A stretch of 64,000 bases of DNA from Candidatus Iainarchaeum sp. (lineage in GTDB: Archaea; Iainarchaeota; Iainarchaeia; JAGGVJ01). The DNA lies in contig JAGGVJ010000019.1 of the NCBI GenBank assembly GCA_021158055.1, positions 1 through 64,000 on the forward strand. The letters run 5' to 3'. Positions 49,634 through 59,093 of this stretch are shown here, one piece after another. The position numbers were made by a program, and so were the translations under genes. Within the stretch, counting starts at the first letter, position 1. Every line of letters starts with the position of its first letter. The notes under the pieces were generated by a model. The model ran no database searches, had not been told where the DNA came from, and was given only the letters and a program-made list of their open reading frames with translations.

Positions 49634-50152
49634 TCACCATTTTTCAAAGTGAATGATTTCCTCAATTTCAGTCAGTTTTTTTGAGGTTGGTTTTGAAGCT
49701 GGGTAGCCGACAGGAATCATGCACAATGCATTAATGTGTTCCGGGATGCTTAATGTGTTTTTTACTTTTTGTTCAATTTCCGGTTCGTTGTAATCTTTTA
49801 TGTAAACCCAGCATGTCCCGAGCCCGAGCGAGTTTGCGGCAAGCAATATATTTTCAGCTGCAACTGAAGTTGTTGCAATGTTTGAGGGTGAGAGATTGAG
49901 TTTGTTTGAATCAAAACAAACAACGATTACAACAGGAGCATCTTTGATAAAACTGCACCAACGGTGTGCTTCGGATAGTTTTTCTTTTGTTTCTTTGTTT
50001 CTTATTATGATAAATTCCCATGGTTGTGTATTGCAGGATGAAGGGGCGTGTATCGCACAGTCGATCAGTTCTGTGATCAATTTGTCAGGAACGTCCTTTT
50101 CCAAATAGGTGCGTATTGACCGTCTTGATTTTAAGCACTTTATTGTGTCCAT
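49634..50152 (-). CDS. Nitroreductase family protein
   Basis: SRRSIR, APSSCNTQPWEF, ENILLAA..LGLGTCW. Confidence 0.92.
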   Translation of the reverse strand: MDTIKCLKSRRSIRTYLEKDVPDKLITELIDCAIHAPSSCNTQPWEFIIIRNKETKEKLSEAHRWCSFIKDAPVVIVVCFDSNKLNLSPSNIATTSVAAENILLAANSLGLGTCWVYIKDYNEPEIEQKVKNTLSIPEHINALCMIPVGYPASKPTSKKLTEIEEIIHFEKW

Positions 50153-50167
50153 GTAATCAATTGTTAA

Positions 50168-50308
50168 TTATTGTTTTCCGATTCTTGACATGCATCTGCT
50201 GCACAACCGCGTTTTAGGGTCAAAGCATTTTAGGCAAACTTGTGTGCCGCATGCCTGGCATACATTCAGTTCTGCTACTGCACCGCATATTCCGCAAATC
50301 CCTTCCAT
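50168..50308 (-). CDS. Small 8-Cys zinc-finger protein (46 aa; below ORF-track cutoff)
   Basis: Manual translation MEGICGICGAVAELNVCQACGTQVCLKCFDPKTRLCSRCMSRIGKQ; GGAGTGA SD. Confidence 0.8.
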   Translation of the reverse strand: MEGICGICGAVAELNVCQACGTQVCLKCFDPKTRLCSRCMSRIGKQ

Positions 50309-50462
50309 AAAAAATCACTCCCAATGTTATTAATTAAAGTTCGTGTTTAAAAAACAATTGTTTAATAAATTCACTTAGATTAGTAATAGGTAATAGTTTA
50401 CTGATAGATGGCAATGTATTTATGTGTATAAATTGTGGTTTATCTGACAAGAGAGTGGTTGT

Positions 50463-51530
50463 TTGAAGACATCATTTCGGTTATTTACGCTTTTTGGAAT
50501 AGAGGTCCAGTTGCACTTCACTTTTTTGTTTTTATTGTTTCTCATGGCTCTTTTGGGGCTGACTCCTCTTATTTTTTTTATTGTGTTGTTTGCGTCAGTT
50601 ATTGCCCACGAGTTTTCCCATTCTATTGTTGCAAAATACAGGGGCCTTGAAGTAAGCAGGATCATTTTGACTCCCATCGGGGGAATCGCATTCACGGAAG
50701 ACATTACAACAGATGCGAAAACCGAGCTGATGGTCTCTTTTGCAGGACCTGGCTTCAATTTTCTTGTTGTGGCAGTGGTTTGGATGTGGGGGGTTTTTTC
50801 CGGAAACACGCAGTTGTTGATTTCAAGCCTTACGGCCGGGGAAATACCTGAAAGCATTTTCGGGATGATTTTCTACTCAAACTTTGTGCTTGGGGTGTTT
50901 AACTTCTTCATGCCTGCTCTTCCTCTTGACGGCGGGCGTTTTTGGCGCTCGCTTTTGGCATTGAAGATAGGTTATCTGCGTGCAACAAGAGTTTTGATAA
51001 ACGTAAGCATGATGGTTGCTTTTCTCATGTTTTTGGCAGGGGTCTTGTTGCCGAGCTTTTGGCTGATGTTAATTGCTGTGTTTATTTACTTTTTTGCTTC
51101 AATTGAATACCAGACAATTCTTTTGCAGAATTGCCTCAGCAGTTCAACTGTCAAAGATGTCATGCAGGAGCATTTTTTGGAGTTTGATGAAGATGTGTTG
51201 TTTGAGAGGGCAGTCAATGAACTTCACGAAAAACGCATGTATTTTGCAGTGATAAAAAAAGGCAGTGAGTTTTTTGTTTTTGATGTGAATAATTTTGAAG
51301 TTCTAGACGATACCGTTGAGCTGTGGCAGGCAAAAATAATTGACTTTTCAGTTCCGGTTGAGCCGTTGTCGCCTGATGAAAGCGCGATGGATGTTTTCAA
51401 GAAAATGGCGAAACAAGGATTGAATGTTGTTCCTGTCCAGTCAAGAGGAAAAGTTTTGGGGATTGTAACGCGCGAAAGTCTCAGCCTTGAGCTCAAGTTC
51501 AAAAGGATTTTGAACGCGGAAAACGAGTGA
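50463..51530 (+). CDS. Site-2 protease (M50) with C-terminal CBS domains
   Basis: HEFSH, AGP, NFFMPALPLDGGR. Confidence 0.92.
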   Translation: MKTSFRLFTLFGIEVQLHFTFLFLLFLMALLGLTPLIFFIVLFASVIAHEFSHSIVAKYRGLEVSRIILTPIGGIAFTEDITTDAKTELMVSFAGPGFNFLVVAVVWMWGVFSGNTQLLISSLTAGEIPESIFGMIFYSNFVLGVFNFFMPALPLDGGRFWRSLLALKIGYLRATRVLINVSMMVAFLMFLAGVLLPSFWLMLIAVFIYFFASIEYQTILLQNCLSSSTVKDVMQEHFLEFDEDVLFERAVNELHEKRMYFAVIKKGSEFFVFDVNNFEVLDDTVELWQAKIIDFSVPVEPLSPDESAMDVFKKMAKQGLNVVPVQSRGKVLGIVTRESLSLELKFKRILNAENE

Positions 51531-51606
51531 TCTAATCCTGCTGTTGCAGGAGCCCCACTGAACCCATGTCTTGTGTGATTCCCGCGATGCAGTCAAATGC
51601 ATGCTT

Positions 51607-51988
51607 TTACTGGTATTCAGTGTATTTTTTGCACGAACCCCTTGATTTTTCAACAGGGTATTTCTGGTTGTTTTCAATCATTTTTTTGTCAAATTCAGTT
51701 ACAAGGTCAATGTTGTATTTTTGAGCCATCCTCAAGATGCAGTAAAGGATGTCTGCGAGTTCCTTGCAGATCTCGTTTCTTGCAGATCTCGTTTCTTGTT
51801 TTCGGGGAGTCAAACAGTTCTTCGCATTCTTTTTCTGTTTTGTATCGAAAGTGTTCCAAAAGTTCTGCGCATTCAATGATTGTTGTTATTGCAAGCTCTT
51901 TTCCGCTGTGAAACTGGTCCCAGTCCCGTTCTTCACAAAATTCCCTGACTCTTTCCTTCAGTTCTTGCACGTTTGTTTTTGAGTCCAT
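51607..51988 (-). pseudogene. MazG-like NTP pyrophosphohydrolase (dCTPP1-like) frameshifted by a 16-bp duplication
   Basis: RDWDQFHSGKEL..ECAELLEHF in one frame and ELADIL..KYPVEKSRG in another; CTTGCAGATCTCGTTT x2 at 51763-51794. Confidence 0.88.
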
Positions 51989-52152
51989 CAAAGACACCTT
52001 TTTCAATGGTTTTTGATTTTTTTAAGAGGCGGTTTGATTGCTTTGCCTTCAGGTTGGCAACCGGCATTTTTACTACTTTGTCATTTGAAGTTTTAGTACT
52101 TTTTGATTGCTTTTGATTGGCGGGTCTCATTTGAACTTTCAGCTTCGGCACC

Positions 52153-52248
52153 GGCACTGTTGCGAATGCAAAGGGAGCACCGTTGCAAATATACGGGGGC
52201 ACCGTTGCAAATATACGGGGGCACCGTTGCGAATATAAAGGATTGCAC
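52153..52248. repeat. About 22-bp imperfect tandem repeat (GGCACCGTTGCAAATATACGGG) x~4
   Basis: Directly visible upstream of the TIM-barrel gene. Confidence 0.88.
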
Positions 52249-52269
52249 CCTTATATGTTGTGTGAAAAT

Positions 52270-53103
52270 ATGTTTCGGATGGGCGTGAACAATGCAGTAA
52301 AGTTTGAAAATCCGGTTGAAGAGTTCCTGGATTTTATAAAGACAGATTTTAGCGCAGCTGAACTTGTTTGCGATTCCCCTGGAAATCTTCCTTCTGATTT
52401 TGATTCCGAAAGAATAAAGATTATTCGCGACTTAAGCGAGTCCCGTGATATCAGGATTTCTTTGCATGCCATTTATCTGGACATAAATCCTGTGAGCGTG
52501 GTTCCCCAGGTGCGCGAGTTTGCTGTTGATGAGTTGAAAAAATCAATTGAGCTTGCATCAGACTTGGGTGCGGGTGTTGTTACAATGCACGCCGGGTATT
52601 GTTTTCACTGGTGGAGAATTGACCCGGCCAAAAAGCGCATCTTTGACGAGCACGCAGCAGATGTTTTTTGCATGTTAGGGGATTTTGCGCAGGACTGCGG
52701 TGTTGTGATCGGGATTGAAAACGGTTCCTGGTTTCTTGGAACCCCGAAAAAAAACCAGTTGGGTGATGGCTTGACCCCCATGCATTTTTGCATAGATGCC
52801 AGGGAGCATTTTGACTTTATAAAAAAAATAGACCATTCTTGTGTCGGCGTCACCTTTGATATCACAAAAAGTTTTTGCTCCGGAAACGATGTCATAAAAC
52901 ATTTTAAACTGCTGTCAAAAAACATTGTAAACGTGCATTTGGCAGACCTTTCAGCCATGGAATTTGACAAAAAAGCATTGTTTGCATATCTTGCAAAAAA
53001 CTATTCCGGAAACATTATCTCCGAAATATGCAATTATGATATTGCCCTTTCAAACAAGCTGCAGGTTGAATCCTTTATTGCCACCGGCGCTGATTTTACT
53101 TAA
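52270..53103 (+). CDS. Sugar phosphate isomerase/epimerase-like TIM barrel (AP endonuclease 2 family)
   Basis: ISLHA, VTMHAG, IGIENG, VTFDITK, NVHLAD. Confidence 0.75.
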   Translation: MFRMGVNNAVKFENPVEEFLDFIKTDFSAAELVCDSPGNLPSDFDSERIKIIRDLSESRDIRISLHAIYLDINPVSVVPQVREFAVDELKKSIELASDLGAGVVTMHAGYCFHWWRIDPAKKRIFDEHAADVFCMLGDFAQDCGVVIGIENGSWFLGTPKKNQLGDGLTPMHFCIDAREHFDFIKKIDHSCVGVTFDITKSFCSGNDVIKHFKLLSKNIVNVHLADLSAMEFDKKALFAYLAKNYSGNIISEICNYDIALSNKLQVESFIATGADFT

Positions 53104-54179
53104 TGAAGCAGGAAAATAACTATCAAGGGCAGGATGAAAAACGCAAAGATAACAAATGACACCGGGTATATTCTGGATCTGAACGACAAGTGAGCAAGGG
53201 ATTTAGACAGGCCGATTGGTATTTTTCTGATCGGATAAATCATAACAGAGCCAAAGGTGTTGAGCAGCACGTGGGCAAGTGCAAGTGTAACCCCTGCCGG
53301 TGACCCTGTTACCATGGCTGCCATCAATGCCGTGAACGTGGTGCCGATGTTTGCGCCGAGAATATACGGGAATATGCTTTCGATAGTCAGGATTCCGACT
53401 CCCGCCAGTGGGACTATTAAAGACACGCAAACTGAACTGCTTTGGATTAAGGCAGTCAAAAACAAGCCGGTGAAAAAACTTCTCATAGGAGTCCTGAACA
53501 CGTGCTTGTTCAGCAGGTGATTGAACTCGGATTTAGCCAGTGGCTTTATTAGTTTTATAAAACATTTCAGTGAAAAAAACAGCATGGCCAGTGACAAAAC
53601 AAAAATGATCACCGGGTTGTTTGACAGAAGATTCTGGATGAAGTGGGTTGTGGGGTCAGTAAAGTAATTCAGCGGGCTTGAAAAAGAAATGTTCATATTT
53701 GAGCCCAGCAAAAATTGTGTCAGCAACAACGCGCTTTTTTCCAGGACATGGAAGTATATTTCCAATGGAAGCAGGACTATTACAATCATGATATTAAACA
53801 GATCGTGAACGGTCGCCACTTCAAATGCTTTCTTGAATTCTTCTTTTCGCGTGATGTGCCCTAAAGAGACGATTATGCCAGTGATGCCTGTTCCTATGTT
53901 GGCACCCATCAGTATTGGTATTGCTCCGGTGATTGTCAGGGCCCCGCTGGCAGTCAACCCGACCAGTATGGAACTGGTAACTGAAGAACTCTGGATAATG
54001 GACGTTGCAAGGATCCCTATAAAAAGCCCTGCAATGGGGTTTGTTGTGAATGAAATCAGCTGCTGCGCAAAATCGGTTCCAAGCAGTTTAAAAGAACCGG
54101 TCATTAGTTTAATGCTTAACAGGAAAAGAAACAGGACTGCTGCCAATAAAATAAGTCTGAAGATTATTTTTTTTTTCAT
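53100..54179 (-). CDS. Na+/phosphate cotransporter (NptA/SLC34-like)
   Basis: Two QSSS motifs, MGANIGT and LGANIGT. Confidence 0.92.
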   Translation of the reverse strand: MKKKIIFRLILLAAVLFLFLLSIKLMTGSFKLLGTDFAQQLISFTTNPIAGLFIGILATSIIQSSSVTSSILVGLTASGALTITGAIPILMGANIGTGITGIIVSLGHITRKEEFKKAFEVATVHDLFNIMIVIVLLPLEIYFHVLEKSALLLTQFLLGSNMNISFSSPLNYFTDPTTHFIQNLLSNNPVIIFVLSLAMLFFSLKCFIKLIKPLAKSEFNHLLNKHVFRTPMRSFFTGLFLTALIQSSSVCVSLIVPLAGVGILTIESIFPYILGANIGTTFTALMAAMVTGSPAGVTLALAHVLLNTFGSVMIYPIRKIPIGLSKSLAHLSFRSRIYPVSFVIFAFFILPLIVIFLLH

Positions 54180-54414
54180 TGAATATGCAAATAGTTATAT
54201 GCTGTTTAAAAAGTTATCCTGCGTAAAACATGCAGCGACAAAAAGTTTATAGATGCCAAAAAGTTCATGCAGGAAGTTTTGTGAAAGTTTTGCAAGGTTA
54301 TAAGGACAGGAAAAGTGCATGGAAAACAAAGAGTTTGAGGAAACTTTTTTTAATCTGTAAAGACGAATTTACTTTGTCGCAAACCTTGTTTTGCCGCGCT
54401 TAAAGAATTGTTTT

Positions 54415-54518
54415 GCGGGGATCGCATAGCCTGGTAGTGCGCTGGTCTCGAAATCGCCCGAAAGGGCCCAAGGCAGCCAGTGTCCCTGGACACGGGGGTT
54501 CGAATCCCTCTCCCCGCG
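54415..54518 (+). tRNA. tRNA-Ser(CGA) with a 22-nt intron at canonical 37/38 (54453-54474)
   Basis: Acceptor GCGGGGA/TCCCCGC, G73, anticodon stem CTGGT/GCCAG, long variable arm TGTCC-CT-GGACA, T loop TTCGAAT; CCA not encoded. Confidence 0.9.
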
Positions 54519-54775
54519 TTTATGCGCAATGAGAATAAGATTTATTAAGCAAATCCAAGGGTTTTAGACAAAAGCATGGTGGGGAATCAGGAATTTGCAG
54601 TTGTTAGTTATTTTGCAAGGAAACTCCTAATTTGCTCTCAAAGCTATTCTGCTTTTGAATTGTGGCCTGGACCAGTTAATCTCACCTCTAAGGTTTTGAA
54701 TGCTTTTTTTGAGTTTGTCTTATTGTAGAACTTTTAATAATAAAATTTAAATATGTAGTCCCCTATTAATTATAT

Positions 54776-55717
54776 ATGTTTATAGAAGTACGTAAGGTAG
54801 GCAAGAACAAAAAGTATTACGTTGCGCATTCTTTTCGTCATGAGGGAAAGGTTAGGAAAATCCGCAGGTATCTTGGACAAAACCTGACAAAAGACCGGAT
54901 TGAAAAACTGAGACCGGTTGCAGAACAGCAGGTTCTTAACAGGGCCGACGTTTACAAGTCAATTTGTGATCCCTTTTTAACTGTTTTATCAAACGAAGAA
55001 CAGGAGATACTTAAGAACTTGGAGAAAAAAGCAGACTTCAAGTTTTTCCATTTGTCTGAGGAAGAATGGTGTAAATTCTCTGAAATATTCACTTACAATA
55101 CTAATGCAATAGAAGGCTCTGAGATAACGCAGAGTGAAGTTAAGCAAATAGTTGAAAAAGACAAATGGCCGACTGATAAAACAAAAGAGGACATATCTGA
55201 AATTTACGGCGTGATGGAAGCAGTCGATTACATAAGAAAAACAAAGGACGCTTTGGCGATTGGATTAATTAAAGAGCTGCATAAAATTGTTTTCAAAAAT
55301 TCAAAGTCTTTTGCAGGACAGCTGCGAAGAAAAGGAGTTGAAGTGGTTGTCAGAGATAGCCATGGCAACGTTGTACACCAGGGAGCCCCTGCTGAAAAAG
55401 TACTTAGTTTGTTAAAAGAGCTTATTTGTTGGTATAATAAGTACAAAAAGAAATATTCTCCACTGGTCTTAGCAGCGGTTGTCCATAACCAGTTTGAGAA
55501 TATCCACCCGTTTGCAGACGGCAATGGCAGAGTTGGAAGATTGTTGCTTAACAGTATTCTAATCAAGCACGGTTTGCCCCCTGTAAATATTGACTTCGAG
55601 AAACGGCGGGAATACTACTCTGCTTTGCAGGAGTATGAAAATAATCATAATTTAAGGCCAACAATAGAATTATTGCTGTCAGAGTACAAAATATTAAGAA
55701 GGTTGCTGAAGAGATAG
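54776..55717 (+). CDS. Fic family protein (AMPylase-type motif)
   Basis: TNAIEGS regulatory helix; HPFADGNGRVGR catalytic motif. Confidence 0.93.
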   Translation: MFIEVRKVGKNKKYYVAHSFRHEGKVRKIRRYLGQNLTKDRIEKLRPVAEQQVLNRADVYKSICDPFLTVLSNEEQEILKNLEKKADFKFFHLSEEEWCKFSEIFTYNTNAIEGSEITQSEVKQIVEKDKWPTDKTKEDISEIYGVMEAVDYIRKTKDALAIGLIKELHKIVFKNSKSFAGQLRRKGVEVVVRDSHGNVVHQGAPAEKVLSLLKELICWYNKYKKKYSPLVLAAVVHNQFENIHPFADGNGRVGRLLLNSILIKHGLPPVNIDFEKRREYYSALQEYENNHNLRPTIELLLSEYKILRRLLKR

Positions 55718-55747
55718 GTGACCACAAACCATGCAAGTGTGGTCACC
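55717..55747 (+). terminator. 10-bp stem hairpin at the end of fic
   Basis: GGTGACCACA...TGTGGTCACC. Confidence 0.5.
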
Positions 55748-55914
55748 CGAAAATGCCTGTTAAGCAGGATCATGGATAACGGGTTATATGCCGTTTCAAA
55801 TATCCTGCACAGCATTGAAATTGATACTTTTATATTTCTTTGAGTTAAATATATTATTACGCTGAACTGTTTTTTGCAGGTTTGGCAAAATCGGATGCAA
55901 TGAGGTTAAATGGT

Positions 55915-57273
55915 ATGACAGGCAGTAAAATCAATTATTACAGCACCAACCGCAACTCAGAGCCTGTTGATTTCAAGGAGGCGTTGATGCGCGGCCAGGC
56001 AGAAGACAAGGGCTTGTATTTGCCTGACAGGATACCGAAGATATCTTCTGAAATGATTGATTCAATGAAGGACATGTCTTACCCTGACATTGCGTTTACT
56101 GTTACCAGAGAGTTCCTGAAAGATGACATTGATGAAGCTGATTTGAAAAGCATAACCAGGTCGGCTTACAATTTTGACATTCCTTTGGAGAAAGTTTTTG
56201 GCAGCAATTACCTGTTGAGGATGGACAGGGGCCCTACGGCTTCTTTCAAGGATTTTGCGGCGAGGATGCTTGCACGGCTCATGCAGCATTATTCAAAAGA
56301 CAAGGAAAGCGAGCTTGTGGTATTGACAGCCACTTCCGGGGACACGGGAAGTGCTGTTGCCAATGCGTTTTTTGGCATGGATAATATCCGGGTTGTGGTC
56401 TTGTTCCCGAGAGACGAGGTAAGCGACCGGCAGAGGAAACAGATGACTACTCTTGGAAAAAACATTTCTGCCATTGCAGTTGACGGAAAGTTTGACGACT
56501 GCCAGGCAATGGTAAAAAAAGCTTTTTGTGACAAGGATCTGGAATCTATTGACATGACTTCTGCGAATTCCATTAATTTCGGACGCCTGGTTCCGCAGTC
56601 TGTCTATTACTTTTATTGTTATTCAAGGGTTGTGAAAAGCAACAATGAAAAAATGGTGTTTTCTGTCCCGTCAGGAAATTTCGGAAACCTTACAGGAGGA
56701 ATTCTGGCAAAAAAAATGGGCCTTCCGGTACACAAGTTTGTGGTTTCGGTCAATGAAAACGACGAGTTTCCAAAGTTTTTGGAGACGGGAAATTATTCCC
56801 CCATATTGCCTTCAAAAGCGTGTTTGTCAAGCGCCATGAATGTGGGTCACCCGAGCAATTTTGCAAGAATAATTGATTTTTACGGCGGCCAGATTGACGA
56901 GAAAGGAAGCATGGTAAAAGCGCCGGACATGAATTTAATGAAGCATGACCTGTATCCTGTAACTGTTTCAGACAACGAAACAGTGATGACGATTAACAAT
57001 GTTTACAACAATTACGGCGTTGTTCTTGAGCCTCACGGCGCGGTTTCGTGGGCCGGTTTGGAGCACTTTTTGTCAGAAACCAGTATGCCTGTTACTGCTG
57101 TTTCTTTTGAAACCGCTCACCCTGCAAAGTTCAACAGCAAGCTCAATGAAATTCTCGGCATTGAAGTTGATTTGCCTGAAAGCATGCGCGGTCTGGAAAA
57201 CAAAAACGAGTCTTTTGAAAGCATTCCTGCAGACTATGGGACGTTTAAGAAATTTTTGAAAACTTCTTTTTGA
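55915..57273 (+). CDS. thrC: Threonine synthase (long form)
   Basis: GPTASFKDF (PLP Lys), ATSGDTG, FDDCQ, SANSINFGRL, VPSGNFGN, TAHPAKF; start uncertain. Confidence 0.95.
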   Translation: MTGSKINYYSTNRNSEPVDFKEALMRGQAEDKGLYLPDRIPKISSEMIDSMKDMSYPDIAFTVTREFLKDDIDEADLKSITRSAYNFDIPLEKVFGSNYLLRMDRGPTASFKDFAARMLARLMQHYSKDKESELVVLTATSGDTGSAVANAFFGMDNIRVVVLFPRDEVSDRQRKQMTTLGKNISAIAVDGKFDDCQAMVKKAFCDKDLESIDMTSANSINFGRLVPQSVYYFYCYSRVVKSNNEKMVFSVPSGNFGNLTGGILAKKMGLPVHKFVVSVNENDEFPKFLETGNYSPILPSKACLSSAMNVGHPSNFARIIDFYGGQIDEKGSMVKAPDMNLMKHDLYPVTVSDNETVMTINNVYNNYGVVLEPHGAVSWAGLEHFLSETSMPVTAVSFETAHPAKFNSKLNEILGIEVDLPESMRGLENKNESFESIPADYGTFKKFLKTSF

Positions 57274-57305
57274 AAAAGTTCATGCATTGAGTTTGTGAAC
57301 CGGTT

Positions 57306-57608
57306 TCATTTGAACTTGTGCAGATAGCGCGGCAGGTCTATTATTCTGTTGTTTTTGATCCGGAGTCCTTCTTTTTTGAGAAGAGTAGTTTTTTTTCTTT
57401 GCCTTGCTGAGTAGCCCCCTATTTTACCTGTTTTTTTCACCACGCGATGGCATGGAATTGTTATTGGCTGATTGTTTTTGTTGAGTGCGTTTCCTATTGC
57501 GCGGCAGGCCATTGGGTTGCCCAGGGCTTTTGCAAGTTCCTGATATGTTGTGATTTTTCCTTTTGGTATTTGTCTTGTAAGCTCCAGTACTTTTTCTGAA
57601 AATCTCAT
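57306..57608 (-). CDS. ogt: Methylated-DNA--protein-cysteine methyltransferase (MGMT)
   Basis: IPKGKITTY, RAIGNAL, IPCHRVV, LLKKEG. Confidence 0.88.
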   Translation of the reverse strand: MRFSEKVLELTRQIPKGKITTYQELAKALGNPMACRAIGNALNKNNQPITIPCHRVVKKTGKIGGYSARQRKKTTLLKKEGLRIKNNRIIDLPRYLHKFK

Positions 57609-57674
57609 GTGTTAACCTGATTGTTTTTATGAAATGCATTGTGTATAAATATAAGCTTATCGAATCATATAATT

Positions 57675-58319
57675 ATGAAAGAAGTGTTTTTTGCTTCCGG
57701 AAACAAAGCCAAGGTGAACCAGTTCCAGTTTGTGGCTGATTCAACGGATCTGCAGGATGAAGTGTGTGTTGTTTCTGTTTATGAACGGTTTCCGCAAATA
57801 AAAAAGTACAGCGAGGATTTCAAGACCCAAAGGGAAATTGCAGAAAACGGCGCAAGATTTATTTTTAATCAGGTGCAAAAGCCGGTTGTCACAGAAGATT
57901 CAGTGATTGAGATTCACGCTTTTGGAAACAAACCGGGCATAAGGTCAAATGCTTATCTAAAGGAAAAAGGCCTTGAGGGTCTTCTTGAAGACATGAAGAC
58001 AAAAACAGACAGGAAAGCTGAAATTGTTTCAGTTGTTGCGTTTTTTGACGGTGTGGACATGCTTGTTTTTGAAAACAGGGTTTCAGGTTCAATTGCGCAA
58101 AAGCTTTCTTTTTGTCAAGGGGAACCTGACTGGATAGGGCCGTTGTTTAACAAGTTTGGCGGCGGGTATAACGCGGTTTTTTTGCCTGATGCCGTGAATG
58201 AAACCGGCTCAAATGCAGGTGAAAAGGTAACTCTTGCTGATTTGACAGCAGGGGACGGGCTAAAATTTGGTTACAGGGAACTGAATTTCAGGAGATTGCT
58301 GAAAAAACTTTTTGGTTGA
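57675..58319 (+). CDS. Divergent Ham1/ITPase family NTP pyrophosphatase
   Basis: ASGNKAK, TEDS, FGNKPG, DRKA; atypical GGGYNAVF and GYR. Confidence 0.75.
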   Translation: MKEVFFASGNKAKVNQFQFVADSTDLQDEVCVVSVYERFPQIKKYSEDFKTQREIAENGARFIFNQVQKPVVTEDSVIEIHAFGNKPGIRSNAYLKEKGLEGLLEDMKTKTDRKAEIVSVVAFFDGVDMLVFENRVSGSIAQKLSFCQGEPDWIGPLFNKFGGGYNAVFLPDAVNETGSNAGEKVTLADLTAGDGLKFGYRELNFRRLLKKLFG

Positions 58320-58366
58320 TCAGAACATAGAGCATGTAAAACACATGTAAAACGGGGTTAATTGTT

Positions 58367-58999
58367 ATGCTGGGTAAAAAATACAGGGATTTGGCGCAGG
58401 AAAAAGTACTTTTTCCGATAGGCAGGATTATCGCAAAAACAGGTGTTTCTCCAAACCAGATCACTCTCGCGTCTGTTCCGCTGGCGCTTGCAAGTGCGTG
58501 GTTTATCATAAACGGGAATTTGGTGCCTGCTCTTTTTTTCATGGTGCTTTCAATATTTTTTGACAATCTGGACGGCGCGGTTGCAAAATCAACAAACCAA
58601 ACGACTTTGTTTGGAAATTACCTTGATGCGATGATGGACAGGTATGTTGAACTGATTCTCATAAGCGCGTTTGCTTTCACAGGGCTTTGGTTTGAATCCA
58701 TTCTTGCACTGGGCGGGAGTTTGCTTCCAAGCTATGCAAAAGCAAGGGTTGGCTTGATAATCCCTTCAGACAACAGTGACTGGCCTGCAATAGGGGACCG
58801 CGCAGACCGGCTTTTGATTCTTATAACAGGCACTGCAGCTGCAGTGATCTATCCGGTTGTTTTTGGGTATTCAATGCTTGGCATCACCCTCTTGGCTATC
58901 GCGTTTGTTTCGCACGTTTCAACGCTTCAGCGTATGGCTTATGCCGCCGCGTTGATAAGTAAGCATGAAGAAACGCTTCAGCAAAAAAGTAAAAAATAA
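58367..58999 (+). CDS. CDP-alcohol phosphatidyltransferase (AIP synthase-like)
   Basis: SPNQIT, DNLDGAVAK...FGNYLDAMMDR, SYAKAR. Confidence 0.88.
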   Translation: MLGKKYRDLAQEKVLFPIGRIIAKTGVSPNQITLASVPLALASAWFIINGNLVPALFFMVLSIFFDNLDGAVAKSTNQTTLFGNYLDAMMDRYVELILISAFAFTGLWFESILALGGSLLPSYAKARVGLIIPSDNSDWPAIGDRADRLLILITGTAAAVIYPVVFGYSMLGITLLAIAFVSHVSTLQRMAYAAALISKHEETLQQKSKK

Positions 59000-59093
59000 G
59001 TGGCTGAATAATTCAAGTTTGTTTTTGCAAAAAACGTTTACTTTTTGAATTTGTTTTTGTGCGTTTTGCACCTGGGATTTTGAAAAATAGTCA

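Noticed and set aside
51933-52202. 89-aa Lys-rich minus-strand ORF
   Set aside because: Starts inside a tandem repeat, overlaps the MazG-like gene, and has no recognisable motif.
52153-52248. Possible mini-CRISPR, or N-terminal extension of the TIM-barrel ORF from 52183
   Set aside because: Tandem units without unique spacers; the extension just translates the repeat.
54519-55800. tRNA-integrated element carrying fic
   Set aside because: No integrase and no duplicated tRNA 3' end (att) found by eye; fic may still be horizontally acquired.
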